DNA of 61,838 nt, filler included, from Choristocarpus tenellus KU-1152 (Eukaryota; Protista; Phaeophyceae), in NCBI GenBank assembly GCA_964200185.2. It is 8 parts of 8 records of this genome, joined end to end, with 100 filler letters (N's around TTAATTAATTAA, not from the genome) between each part and the next. Parts side by side here need not be neighbours in the genome. Positions count along the whole stretch, not along the records: positions 48,345 to 51,085 come from CAXNAD020025151.1; positions 51,186 to 56,533 come from CAXNAD020011072.1; positions 56,634 to 61,838 come from CAXNAD020011513.1; 5 more parts are not named here. One strand, 5' to 3'. A model generated the notes under the pieces. That model made no database searches, was not told where the DNA came from, and saw only the letters and a list, made by a program, of their open reading frames with translations. Positions within the stretch are counted from its first letter, which is position 1. Each line of letters begins with the position of its first letter. The translations under genes and the position numbers were made by a program. Shown piece by piece: positions 48,974 through 60,557 of the stretch.

Positions 48974-50858
48974 CAAGCCTAGCAAAGAATGCAGGAACTA
49001 CATCCTGAGGGGGCCTCTTCAGCGACACTGCAAGCTCCGTGATGTTTGACAGGATCTGACTTTGTCTTGTGACAAGCTTCATTCGTTCATGCTTACCGTT
49101 CATCTCATCCTCAAGACACCTACACAGACACAGACACAGACACAGGCACAGACACAGACACAGACACAGGCACAGACACAGACACAGACACAGACACAGA
49201 CACAGACACAGACACAGACACAGACACAGACACAGACACAGACACAGACACAGACACAGACACAGACACAGACACAGAGGGGGAGAGAGAGAGAGGGACG
49301 TACATCTCTTTTCTGTTTCTTGTTTATTTTTTTAAACATGAGAAAAAATAAAAAAAATGTGCTTCTCTTCTAAGCCCTTCCCCTAAACACTTCACTCGCA
49401 CGGGAGCAGAGGAATCTTTTTCTTTTTTTGTAACAAGAAAAAAAAGAATTATAAAAAGTCATTACACTTCAAACTCTACCTCTCCCCCCCTTTTCCCCTT
49501 CCACCTGCCCCCAGAATCTCAAGCACACAAAACAAGAAAAAAGAAAAGAATAGTAATAAAAATAAATATGTTTCCTCCATCTCCCCAATTGCGCATATGT
49601 GCACACAAACAGGATACACAATAAAAAAAGGGATTTGTTTGTATATTGTCACTAAGTATGACGAGAGACTGTTCAAGCATCTGTAAGAGATCATTTCAAG
49701 CATCTGTAAGAGATCATTTCCATCATAAAGCAACAAGAATAAAAATAAATAAAATACACTTCCTGTACTTAGCATCAGTTGTACTACTTCATGGGACAAT
49801 TTACTTCTGAAAAAAAAAAAGGATCAAAATCATATACCAAAAACATATACCAAAATCATATATCAAAATCATGTACCAAAATCATGTACTAAAATCATAC
49901 ACCAAAACCATATACCAAAACCATATACCAAAATCATATACCAAAATCATATATCAAAATAATGTATCAAAATCACACAACAAAATCATATATCAAAATC
50001 ATGTATCAAAATCACACAACAAAATCATATGTCAAAATCATGTATCAAAATCACACACCAAAATCAAATATCAAAATCATATACCATAACCATATATCAA
50101 AATCTATAGAGTGGGGATCTGTTAATCTTGAACTCAGTTAAATTTATCCGAGATGTTTAGGTAACCTCATCACAACGGGCTTTTTTGCAAGATCCTCAAA
50201 AAAAATAAAAATCTGATGTCATCTTGTGCATTTACATTAAAAAAATAAAACAAGCGACTTGACCCACAAACTGTTCTAACTGATGCTGAACAGAGGAAGT
50301 TTTTTTTTTAATCTTTGGGTACACCATCTTGCTCACTCCTTGATCGTTCATTAACACTAACAAAAAACAAAAAAATATATATATAATTTTTTTTTTCTTG
50401 TCAGTACTTGGCATCTATCGTACGTACACTACCACCAAACTCTTCTTTTTTAAGTGCATTAATACATTCATTCGTTCTACTTACCACAATAACCGACACT
50501 CTTTTGATACACTGAATTACTCATTCTCATAATCAGTATGCATTTAACACCATCTGGGTACTGACCCAAACAATCAGTAACCCAAGTCCATTGATTTGCT
50601 CACCCTAGCAACAACTGTCATTATAAACGTTTTTTTTGTTTACTCATCAGAACACTCAGATCAGTTACACCAATAGCAGAGAGAGAGAGAGAGAGAGGCA
50701 AGCAGTCTCTCATCCTCCAATCAAAATCAGACACAAACACACACACGCATTTAGAGCCAGTGCAACACTCACGACAGCAGGAGGTAGCTCTGAGAGTGAT
50801 CCGCGAATAGTATGTTACCATACATCATCAACATAGACTTTGTCTCCTCCATAGAGTG
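48972..50858 (-). CDS. CDC37: Hsp90 co-chaperone Cdc37, two internal exons (50773-50858, 48972-49119)
   Basis: tc|gtgagt..gtag|g joins HSMEETKSMLMMYGNILFADHSQSYLLLS to CLEDEMNGKHERMKLVTRQSQILSNITELAVSLKRPPQDVVPAFFARLE, matching the Cdc37 Hsp90-binding domain (..YLVIWC..E..K...M..VAHQ...Q.I.ELAKSL..DP....FF). The second exon is absent from the ORF track. Confidence 0.85.
49123..49277. repeat. (CACAGA)n microsatellite directly before the CDC37 splice acceptor
   Basis: Directly visible; reads (TCTGTG)n on the coding strand. Confidence 0.95.
49825..50103. repeat. 13-bp minisatellite (AAAATCATATACC)n, about 21 degenerate copies, CDC37 intron
   Basis: Directly visible. Confidence 0.9.
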
Positions 50859-51085
50859 CTGATACACCAGACATAAAGAGAGGTGAGAATGAGGGGAAAG
50901 AGGAGGGAGGGGAGGAGAGGTGAGGAGAGGAGAGGAGAGGGAGTAATATATATATATATATATATTCAAGAGTTCTTTCTTGATTTTGGGGTGAAAAATA
51001 GGGTTATAGGGTTGAGGATAGTTCTAGTACCGTTCCTAACAACGAAATATGTTTTATGCCAAAAATCTCCAAAATTTCTGTGGGG

Positions 51086-51185
51086 NNNNNNNNNNNNNNN
51101 NNNNNNNNNNNNNNNNNNNNNNNNNNNNNTTAATTAATTAANNNNNNNNNNNNNNNNNNNNNNNNNNNNNNNNNNNNNNNNNNNN
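51086..51185. other. Artificial contig spacer
   Basis: N44-TTAATTAATTAA-N44. Confidence 0.97.
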
Positions 51186-51276
51186 CAAGCGACACACTCA
51201 CACCAAAAAAGTAAAAACCAAAAAAAGGATGAACACACGACACCACCCCCCCCCCCCCCCCCAGATACTTTGACCC
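51186..51276 (+). mobile_element. MITE family C right end at contig start
   Basis: CACCAAAAAAGTAAAAA..CCCCCCAGATACTTTGACCC aligns with 55540-55610. Confidence 0.75.
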
Positions 51277-51475
51277 TGCGACTCAGTTGAAGTACCGAGT
51301 GGTAAGTGCAAACGAATGATCTCTCTTTCATTGCCATGTCCCTTACATACCATCCCCATTCCCGGTTTCTTTTGTGTGTAGACCATACAAAGATACACAG
51401 GCTTTCAGCTGAGTCGTGTGTTGGAGTTACGGGACCTGTTCTATTTGTTGTCCTTTGTTGCCCTTCCTAACCTCC

Positions 51476-54400
51476 TCAAAGAGTATTATCTTCGATTGCC
51501 TCCTCCTCTGTCTCTCTGCCGAATGAGTCCCTCTTGCTTTGATCCAGACAGCGCAGCACACAGTTGGGTGAGGGTGACAGGGTGCATTATGTTTCTCAAT
51601 GCACCTGACTCCCCCTCATCCATCACTCAACCCTCCTCAACAACCAGCCTGATCCCCCCCTTGCTGCCTCCCTGTTGTAACTCATGTGCTCTATGGTCTT
51701 CCCTACCTCTTTCGTGCCTTGTCACAACATAGGAGACTGTTGACTGGTTCCGGAAGAATATCAACCCCTTTGAGCGATGATTCTGACCAAAGAATGGTGT
51801 AATCACCATGCAAGTACTATATCGCGATGCAATGGCGAAGCCCTTCAAGAGTCTATGCATATGCGTGTGTGTGTATGTGTGCTTGTTGACCAACCAGCAA
51901 CTAAGGGAGACATGCAATGTGCCTATGAATAGAATAGTTTGACTTGCTAATATGCACACTTGTATTTTCCGTACATGCACAAATGACTGCTGTGGAGTAT
52001 TTTCGACCATACAGGATCGATCATGCAGTCTAAGGAACCCATGTGGTCTGGAGTAGGTGTAAAGTATTGACGCTATAGACTGGTAAGTAAATGGGATGTG
52101 CTTCGAGAGGACAACAACCATTTTCTGTTGTCTCCGCCTCCATCTGTGTTGATCCACACGACAATGTAGTGTGTGCTTCTGGTTTGTACTGAGTAAAATG
52201 TATTTATGCATATGTATTCGCATGTGAAGAACAGATATTAATTGACGCACTTGATTGTTGAGTGATGGGTTGTAGTGTACGGTTCTGATCTTAATGTGCA
52301 ACAAAGGTGTGACAGCATCATATAGCAAGGTGTGCCAATGGTTTAAATATTTGTTCCCATGCAGTAGGACAGCATTCTTGTGTTGAGCAGGGACCTGCAG
52401 GCAAGGAGAAGAAACATATCCACATAAAGTGAAGCAAGTAGAGCTCTAGGAGAAGTCTATCGGTTTGGAAATGAGTATTTAGTCTATGAAAGGATATTTT
52501 TGTGACTTGATGACAAGTTAAAGGCAGCGTGGGGAGTAGGTGGTTGATCGGAAAGTGGGGCACATTGCCCTCCATATCCTCCTCTCTCCATACTCTATTT
52601 CTATAACAACGGTGTATTTTTGGTCTTATTGTCGAAAATACAGATATTTTCATATCAAGCCTGTTCAAAAAAGTGCACATCAATCAGCCACCCCTGCATG
52701 CTTATATATCGTACCTGATTCATTCATCATACCCTGGAGTATCAAATATACCAAATTGCCTTTTGTGTCCATCACACCAGGTAGCAATATGAGCCAGTAT
52801 TGAGATTCCATACGGCTTGGGTTGTTGGTACTACTACACTGTACTACTGTTCCTGCTTCAGCCAGCAGTGGTTGAAACACGATGTCTTTTCCTCCATCAA
52901 AATACTTGGTGCTCACTGCCCTCATACCAATTACTCCTACAGAAAAATAGTACATTGTGTGGGTTATTGTGCGCCAGCTCTATAATAAACTTGAACTAAT
53001 CCCTTTTAACGAGTCTCCTCCATGTCACAAAATTTCAATTCATCATCTTGGGCCCCATGTTTTCACCTCACAGGTACCAGCTCTTGATACCGTGCGTGTT
53101 GTGCTGTCCAACTGTACACATTTCCTATGCTATCCGTCGACTCTATCTTGCACTTACTCTAACCAGCTCTACGCCACTACTTCGCATCTTGGAAAAAGTA
53201 GCGCTCAATACTAGAACTGCCCTGGAACGTTTAGGCATTTTTTACATTTTCTATCCATTGCAACATTGTTTGGTCCGATTTATTCTGTAACGTCCATTAC
53301 CAGAACAATGTTCGGGAGTCATTTGCAGTATAACGCCGGATGCCCATAAAAAGCCCAAGTCCCTTTGCTCCTCTATTATTATATTATTTTCTGGCACAAG
53401 GCTTGTACATAACGTCCACTGTCAGGACAAAGTTTGGTGGCCTCTGTCCTGTATCTTCTGTCGTCTCCCAAACGTTCGACCCCATTTGCTCAAAAACGTT
53501 CGTTGTCCAGAAAATGTTTGGTTCTGTTTTGCAAAAATATTATTCCGTGAAGTGGGATTCGTTCGTACTAATTGTTCTCTTAGTACACTACTAGTCTGAT
53601 CTTTCAAAAAAGTAGAAAAGTAACACGTAGTGGAGAAATTTGGTATAGGGATGAAGAAATAAATCGAAGGTCAAGTATGTGTTGCGCTCGCTTGAAGTAA
53701 TGTCTGTTTTCCAGCAAATAATCGGACCCGTTTGCTGCTCTCGGTGACATCCGTTATCCTGGATAACGCTTGGGATCATTTGCTTCTTTAAAGTCTGCTG
53801 TCCAGAACAGTGTTCACGACCATTTCTTGAGCAATGCCTATTGATCAGCAATTGCTTGACTCAGTTTGGTCCGTGACGTTGGTATCCAGGACAACCCTTG
53901 AGTTACTTGATTTTCAGCGTCATTGTACAGACAAAGACTTCGAATATAATATTATTATGCCCTCTGACATTTTGCAGAAGTGTCAAGGGGAAAAACCGAT
54001 GAAAAGTCAATTCAATATCAAAATAACCCCCGAAAAAGCAACAGTTGTCGTAAATGTTAAATATATTATTCTATAATCTGTTTACTATTTTACTACCAGC
54101 TATGCTACACCACTCCCATCCTATGCCTTCAACCTACCTAATAAGTAGCTGTCACATATTTCAACATGACCAGGCTATGCTCTAACATGGTGGAATATTT
54201 TGGTAATTAGGGGTTCCAGACGTGTGGTCAAAACAAACTCAGAACAAATCAATACAAACTACTCGAGAAAATGTAAATGATATATTAGCTCATTAGTTTT
54301 TCCCCTGGCACATCTGGAAAATGTCAGAGGGCATAATAATGAATATATATAGATACAAATGAGAGAAAATTAGGGAAAGAAAAAGAAAAAAGAAAAAGAA

Positions 54401-55019
54401 AAAAGGAAAGAGGTAAATATATAAAGGTAAAGTATGAATCGACATTATCTTTATCTTAAGCTTTATTTTTTCTTTAGCTTTACATCTTTTTCTAACACAT
54501 CCTACAACAACTATCATAACCCTGCCATGGTCAGAGGCACTACACTATTCACTACTTCTCATGTTAACTACAGTTGTAGTAGTAAACTAAATGTTGACTC
54601 AGTTAGCTATATTTGTACTATTTCTTTTTTGCTGCCTCGGTTTGTGCCTTGCTTCTTGAGTTTTGGGTTCAGCCATACTACAATACCGCTTGTTGCTCCA
54701 TCTCCTTCCTCAAATCTTTTGTTGGAACCACCTGGCCAACTGTCAGGAATGGAACTTTGCCACCTTGTTCTTGGTCCAAAGTTTTGTGGTGTGATATATA
54801 GGGGCAATTGGAAAATGGATAGTACATAAAGTTGCACGATCTGTGTAAGTAGCGCTTGCCACATGTACCTTTAAAAACCGAGACCAGATTCTCATGGGAA
54901 CCTGTGCAGCATTGATGAGGTTTGAACCAGAAAATTGACATAGGAAGCTACCTACTTCCTTAACCGCTGAGCCTCAAGGACGCTGGAGGTGGCTGAATGG
55001 GTAGCATCTTTATCATGCA
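51476..55019 (-). CDS. Possible last two exons (54956-55019, 51476-51536) of an unknown gene
   Basis: In-phase join HDKDATHSATSSVLEAQRLR-N-KRDSFGRETEEEAIEDNTL*; supported only by splice sites and phase, no homology. Confidence 0.25.
52240..52345 (-). mobile_element. RTE LINE remnant
   Basis: TLLYDAVT..KIRTVHY resembles RTE ETLLYGCxTW..KLRTVHH. Confidence 0.4.
53945..54350. repeat. Inverted pair of ~50-bp hairpin repeats (53945-53999 +, 54293-54350 -); third copy 59981-60030
   Basis: ATTATTATGCCCTCTGACATTTT.CAGA.GTG.CA.GGGAAAAAC shared by the pair; third copy similar. Confidence 0.8.
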
Positions 55020-55434
55020 CTACACCGCCTGACAGCATGCTGCACAAATGATCAATTTACTATATTTCCAGAAAACTATACTCAAGTAGAGAGAGGCAAC
55101 GCTGGGAGGAACTTGCCACTGACTCAACCCGATGCCACACATGAGGCAGGCAAGTATCCCTTAGGGATATTGGCTTGGTTTGCATTCACTACCCTCAGCA
55201 ACCTATTTCCATTAGCGCTCTTGCACTGTTTGCTCCCACTGTTCACAGTCGCTTGATATTCTTGGTGAAATGAGGCTGATGACCAAAGGTAGGACTTGTA
55301 GGCAATTGACTAGACAAAAAGTACTTCAGTGATTTGCAACCCACTTCCTGAGAGACTCCAAATGGGTAAGTTGAGGGTGCCATTCAACAGGTCAATGTGG
55401 GCATATGGGGAAAAGGACTTTCGTTCATTGCACT

Positions 55435-55610
55435 GGGTCAAAGTATCTGGGGGGGGGTGGTGGTTTGTGAGGGAGCGTCCGTTTCGGTCAAACTCTTTTA
55501 TTTTCTGACATTTCAAATCCGATACGTGCGACCAAATCACACCAAAAAGTGAAAATCGAAAAAAGGGTGAAAACGGACGCCGACTCTCCCCCCCCCAGAT
55601 ACTTTGACCC
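55435..55610 (+). mobile_element. MITE family C (GGG..CCC termini), 176 bp
   Basis: TIRs GGGTCAAAGTATCTGGGGGGGG / CCCCCCCCAGATACTTTGACCC; TSD imperfect. Confidence 0.82.
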
Positions 55611-55811
55611 ATTGTGTCTGCCTAATCTAAATATGTTTTTTTTGTCTCGAACTTTAGGATAACAAAAAGGAGAAAATAAGAGAATCTCAAAAATAAAACA
55701 ACAGAAGAATGTATCCTATATAACAACGTTTACTACAATTGATTGTTACTGGTGAAGACAATAGACGTTTAATCGTCTCAAATCATCTTGTAGCAGGGAG
55801 AAGGAAGAGCA

Positions 55812-56108
55812 GAAACATATGTCAAACTTCTACTAGGCCTAAACATGTATCCTTATCCTACTTTGGGGTAATCTGTCTGTGTCTAGCCTAATTCTGAGGA
55901 TATATTCAATCTATCTAAGGTACAGCTTTCCTAGAGCGCCAAGTATCATCTGGTTATTGCCGAAAATATGCCCAACTCCTACTAGGCCTAAACATGTATC
56001 CCTATCTTACTTGGGGGAATCTGTCTGCGTCTAGCCTAATATGAGTATACCTTTGCTCTTTCTAAAATACAGCTTCCTTAAAGTGCTGAGTATCATCTGA
56101 TTATTGCC
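55812..56108. repeat. ~150-bp tandem duplication
   Basis: CTACTAGGCCTAAACATGTATCC..AATCTGTCTG.GTCTAGCCTAAT..AGTATCATCTG.TTATTGCC twice. Confidence 0.88.
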
Positions 56109-56466
56109 TGCCTCATGCCCTCCAGCACAAAGCATTCTGATGACTGCTAGTGCGTAAAACAGGCAATAACATCAACGTCAGCACCCCAAATAAATAATAA
56201 ATGATAAAATAAAATAGAGGATACAAGGGACAGAAAAGAAAGAGTTGAAGGTAGAGCATAGTAAGGGCGCAAGGGGGTAGCTGGTCTGACAGAAAGGGAG
56301 AAAGAAAAAATGAAATAAAAATGAAAATAGCAAAGAAGTAAAATGAAAATTAAAAAAAGAGGAAAATAAAATGAAGTAAAAGCATCCTATGAAAGTTACT
56401 GTCTGGTCTGATACGAGTTACTTCATAGTTCTGACTTCTGCTACCCTATGTTCCATGCAGGGATTA

Positions 56467-56533
56467 GAGTGAAAGTATCTTAGAGGGTACAAGTTTTGCC
56501 CTGTCTGTCCATTTGGGGTTTGGCTTCCGATGG
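56467..56533 (+). mobile_element. MITE family A left end at contig end
   Basis: GAGTGAAAGTATCTTAGAGGGTAC.. Confidence 0.85.
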
Positions 56534-56633
56534 NNNNNNNNNNNNNNNNNNNNNNNNNNNNNNNNNNNNNNNNNNNNTTAATTAATTAANNNNNNNNNNN
56601 NNNNNNNNNNNNNNNNNNNNNNNNNNNNNNNNN
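56534..56633. other. Artificial contig spacer
   Basis: N44-TTAATTAATTAA-N44. Confidence 0.97.
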
Positions 56634-56744
56634 AGGGGCTTGTTACCTTGGCTGGCAAGGGTTTCCGTGGATGGTTTTAACTCTGATTATATTACATCCA
56701 TGTGTATGTTTGGTAGACAGTTTGCAGAGTGGGTTTTGGTGCAA

Positions 56745-57570
56745 TTTGAGGCATCAATTGCAGTTACGAAAGAAATAATAATCAACCATCAATATACAAC
56801 TGTCATCTTCTGGTGAAGAAAGAGTGAAAGAAAAACAAACAACAGAAAAACAGAAACAATTGGAACAATATGTATGTGATGCAACTCAAGTGACGTACAC
56901 TATACTATACCATTTGTGTGGAGCGTAGAGCGACTGACTGTTCTGTACTAAGATGTTCTGATTTGTAGTTGATGTGGTGATGACGAACTAGTGAAAGTAA
57001 CATCCAGAACGTAACAGATCAATCAACAGTCAGTGTTGACTGGTGGAACTGTATCGTATCAAGGAACAAACAGATGAGTAGCCTATGTTTTAACACCCTC
57101 CCCCGACTGAAAGAAGCGGAACACCATTGAAGGAGTGTGACGTACGGCTACGATAGGAAAAAAATATCCAAAATGTTGAAGAAAAGAGAATGCAGTTCAA
57201 AATAGGGGGAATTACAGAATATTAAGAGAATTGCGAAGTCGAATTAAGATAAAATCCAATACTTCCAAAGAGAAAATAGCATAAAACATATCCAGATATG
57301 TCTAGTGAAGACATAATAAAAAACGATTCGAACAAAAACTACAAATGTAAGACCGTGCTAAGTAAGAGTCGAATTCCTATGCTTGGAGAATAAGTAGAAA
57401 TCGAAGATCTTGATGGTCTGTTTCAAAATCGTCACCTAGTTGGTGTTGTGGGTGAAGGTTATTGCCAGCGATGTCCATTCTATCTGCATACAGGGAACGA
57501 AGTATGCGCTTAAGGTGTTGTAAGTGATGTCCATGACGTTCTGCATACATGAACGATGTGAAGTTCTTGG
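56745..57570 (-). mobile_element. Decayed copia 3' end: RT remnant, PPT (57096-57104), LTR starting at 57095
   Basis: FTSFMYAERHGHHLQHLKRILRSL resembles copia RT SQFM..P...H..A.KRILRYL; GGGGGAGGG|TGTTAAAACATAG; LTR-like segment homologous to 60558-60921. Confidence 0.55.
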
Positions 57571-57579
57571 GTGGAGTCA

Positions 57580-58060
57580 AGGTGTGTAGGGGTGGGTCTT
57601 GAGCAGGGTCTGTGATGTGTTCGGGGGTCTTGAGCTGTTGCTGTGATGTGTTATGGTTGGTCTTGAGCAGGTTCAATGGTGTGTGTGTAGGGATCTTGGG
57701 CAAGATATGTGGTGGGTGGTGGTCTTGGACGGGGATTGTGGTGGGTAGTGGAAGTCTTGAGCAGGATGTGTGGTGGGTGGTGGTCTTGAACGGGGATTGT
57801 GGTGGTCTTGAGCAGGAGATTTGGTTGGTATGAAGGTGTTTCTTGGGCATTCTGTGGAATAGAGATCTTGACCAGGTTCAGTGGTGTGTGTGGTCGTGGG
57901 TAGTCGGAATCTTGGGCAGGAGATGTGGTTGGTATGAAGTTTTTTCTTGAGCATTCTGTGGTATGGGTCTTGACCAGGTTCAGTGGTGTGTGTGGTGAGT
58001 GACTTGGACCGGAGTTGTGGTGTGTAGATGGGGGGGGATCTTAAACAGGTGCTGTGGAGT
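57580..58060. repeat. Degenerate tandem array built on a TCTTGAGCAGG core
   Basis: Core variants (TCTTGAGCAGG, TCTTGGGCA, TCTTGACCAGG) recur every ~25-45 bp. Confidence 0.75.
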
Positions 58061-60557
58061 GTCGGAACTTGTGAACACTTGGTCGATGTGTATTGATAGT
58101 CAAGTATTAAAAGTAGTACAATGTCTTGTACCTGTGGTCACGGGTCTGTCAGGATAGTCCCTAGACTAATATGTCACATATAGTATGAATAATAAATATT
58201 CCCCTCATAAGGTGTGGGTGGATAACCACCTGTGGTTCGAGGACAGCCTTCAGAACATACCACTAACCAAACTACAACACCGGTACGCATTTATGGTTTC
58301 ATAACTGCAAAATATTAGTGGTCGTATCACAGTATTATCATTAGGAGGAACAAAGAGAGCTGGAAATTGCTTGTAACTCATGGACAATGTACATCCTAGA
58401 ATGTGGAGTGATATACAATTTGTCCGACCACTGTAACACTTGACTAATCTATCTACTATTAATATCTAGATCAGTGATTGTATTACAATGTTGTGGAAAA
58501 ACAAACGACCTGATACTATAGAAGAGAAGGAGCTGGAGTTGATTTTTCAAGCCAAAAGTCGAATTGATGGATTTATCGACTTCACCAAATTAAATTTGGT
58601 ATTGTTGGTGAAGTGCTGGAGGAAGTAGGAAGGGGATCGAGGGTTTCAATAATTCATCTGTTGAGGAAGGTAATGGAAAACTCCGCACACATCAATACTC
58701 ATTGGACCCTAGCAACTTCAATTATTGGGAACAAACTCAAGTCTCAGTCAACTGTCAACTTTCAGGGAGTCGAAAAAGGTTGAAGAGTGTCTAACAAAAC
58801 GGTGCTGAAACAACTGCATCGGTACGCGATGAGATGACCTTGTCCTAGATAGGTGGAGCTAGACGCCATCCTCAGGCAGTGGCTAGGAAAGGCAAGGCAA
58901 GTGTGGTTGAAGCTATTACCAAGCTTTGCCAGACCACTCACTGTATTGGCCATGACGGTTGGGTAAGAAGCACAGACTGCCACTTGCCGCAAAAGCATAG
59001 CAGCAAACTGAGCCTAAAGGCAAGTTGGAACAGGTCAAGAAGCAGGTGCACGCAAATAACTCTCACTTCGTCGAAAATGTGATCTAAGAGCGAGAGAGGT
59101 TGAACCAAAAAAGGTGATAAACCTTCAGCAAGAGGTACCAAGTCACGAATGCGGAGAATTTTCTTCTCGGAAATAATGGAGAATGTGTGGTGTGACAAAC
59201 TTGGTGAGTGTACAACGGTTTTGTGCGAAAAATAGCCTTACAGACAAGGTGGACTGCCTAGAGAAGACTGCAAAATTCTAGGCAAATAATCTCAACGATC
59301 CAAAGCAGTATCTCGGAGGATAGACAGGAGGGAAAGAAAGAGCTAGATGCTCAGGTAATCTGTTGAAACTAGAGGCCAAATATGGACGAAGGCATCCAAG
59401 GCGAATCGAGGTGAGCAATCAGTGATACACCACCCTCCAGGGTTTTTGCCATGCCAACCGTCGATGTACAAATACTCCTCGTGCCACTTTTGTTTGAGGT
59501 GGAATAATTACCTTTAGGAATGATATGCTTTGGTGGCTGAAGTCCCCCAAAAGCTTGGAGTTCTTGGTTGCACGTTCCAATACAGAGTCGAAGTAAACGA
59601 GAGGTGCGCAGTTTTTGGTCGTTTTGCATTTTAATTCTGTTTTTCGATCTTGTATAATTCACTATTACTTTTTGTGGATATAGTTCTACTTTGGTTTTAG
59701 AGGGTTTATTTATATATTTTTATTTACAAACACAATTTTGAAATTATTCGCATTTATTACAAAAAAGGCTGAATTTTCACTATTTCTTAACATCCTTATA
59801 ATGCAGCTTTGACTACCTCTCCTTTCCTTTGATTCACCATTCACCATTCATTTCAAATTCCTTGTACCTGTCAAAGTTTTGAGTTTCAATAGAAAGAAAC
59901 AAATTGTGAGGTGTAGATATAGAAAACACTATCATTTTTTTTTTCACTATCATCGGTAAGACCCACTGTTCCTCTCATCTTTATTATTAAACCCTCTGAC
60001 GTTTTGGAGATGTGTCAGGGGGAAAACAAGGAGAACTATTCACACGTCAGTATAAGCCCTAAGAAATAAGATGTCCTCTCATCCTGTGTTGATAGTAAAG
60101 TGATGCAACCCTTTATAAACTCCTGTAAAAAGTTTTTAGATTCTAATACAAAAAAAATACTACTTTTACTGTGTAGGACAATAGGGGTGCCATTTTAAGG
60201 CATGATTAAACATTTTATGTCAGACCTGAAGAAATGGTTCCTCACTAATGTCAAATCAAAATCATATGTCCAATCAGCCACGTATACCCCTAGAAAAATG
60301 GTACTATTTTATACCATTAGTTGGCACTTCTGAAGAACACTTCTAGATTGTCAATAAGCCCAAAAAGAGAGGTGAAGTTTTGAGCAATGCTGGTTAGACA
60401 TGTCTTACATTGGAAAGTTTGGGAGGTGAAAGGGGGCAAGAACCTAGTTTGTGGTAATATAGACAAGGGTTTCTGTGGATATTTAAACTCTGAACAAATG
60501 GCATATAGATAGGTGTGCATCAGATACACTTTACGGAGAGTGAGCATGATGGATTAT

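Noticed and set aside
49062-49373. TQ/HR/VC/VS repeat proteins (also IN repeat at 21518, QNH repeat at 49871)
   Set aside because: Translations of micro/minisatellites, mostly intronic
14447-50858. Stress-gene cluster (TPS, SOD, CDC37) or a sugar cluster (PTS-like plus TPS)
   Set aside because: These genes lie on different contigs separated by artificial spacers
58510-58630. 'ELIFQAKSRIDGFIDFTKL' (and 'DGGYINA' near 24250) as KilA-N/endogenous viral or EF-hand remnants
   Set aside because: Only a few residues match, in short stop-bounded frames, with no other viral hallmark nearby
58760-59660. DIRS-like retroelement remnant on the minus strand
   Set aside because: Fragments (DAFVHI, SEKKILRIRDL) are too weak and no intact YxDD or RNase H motif was found; left unassigned
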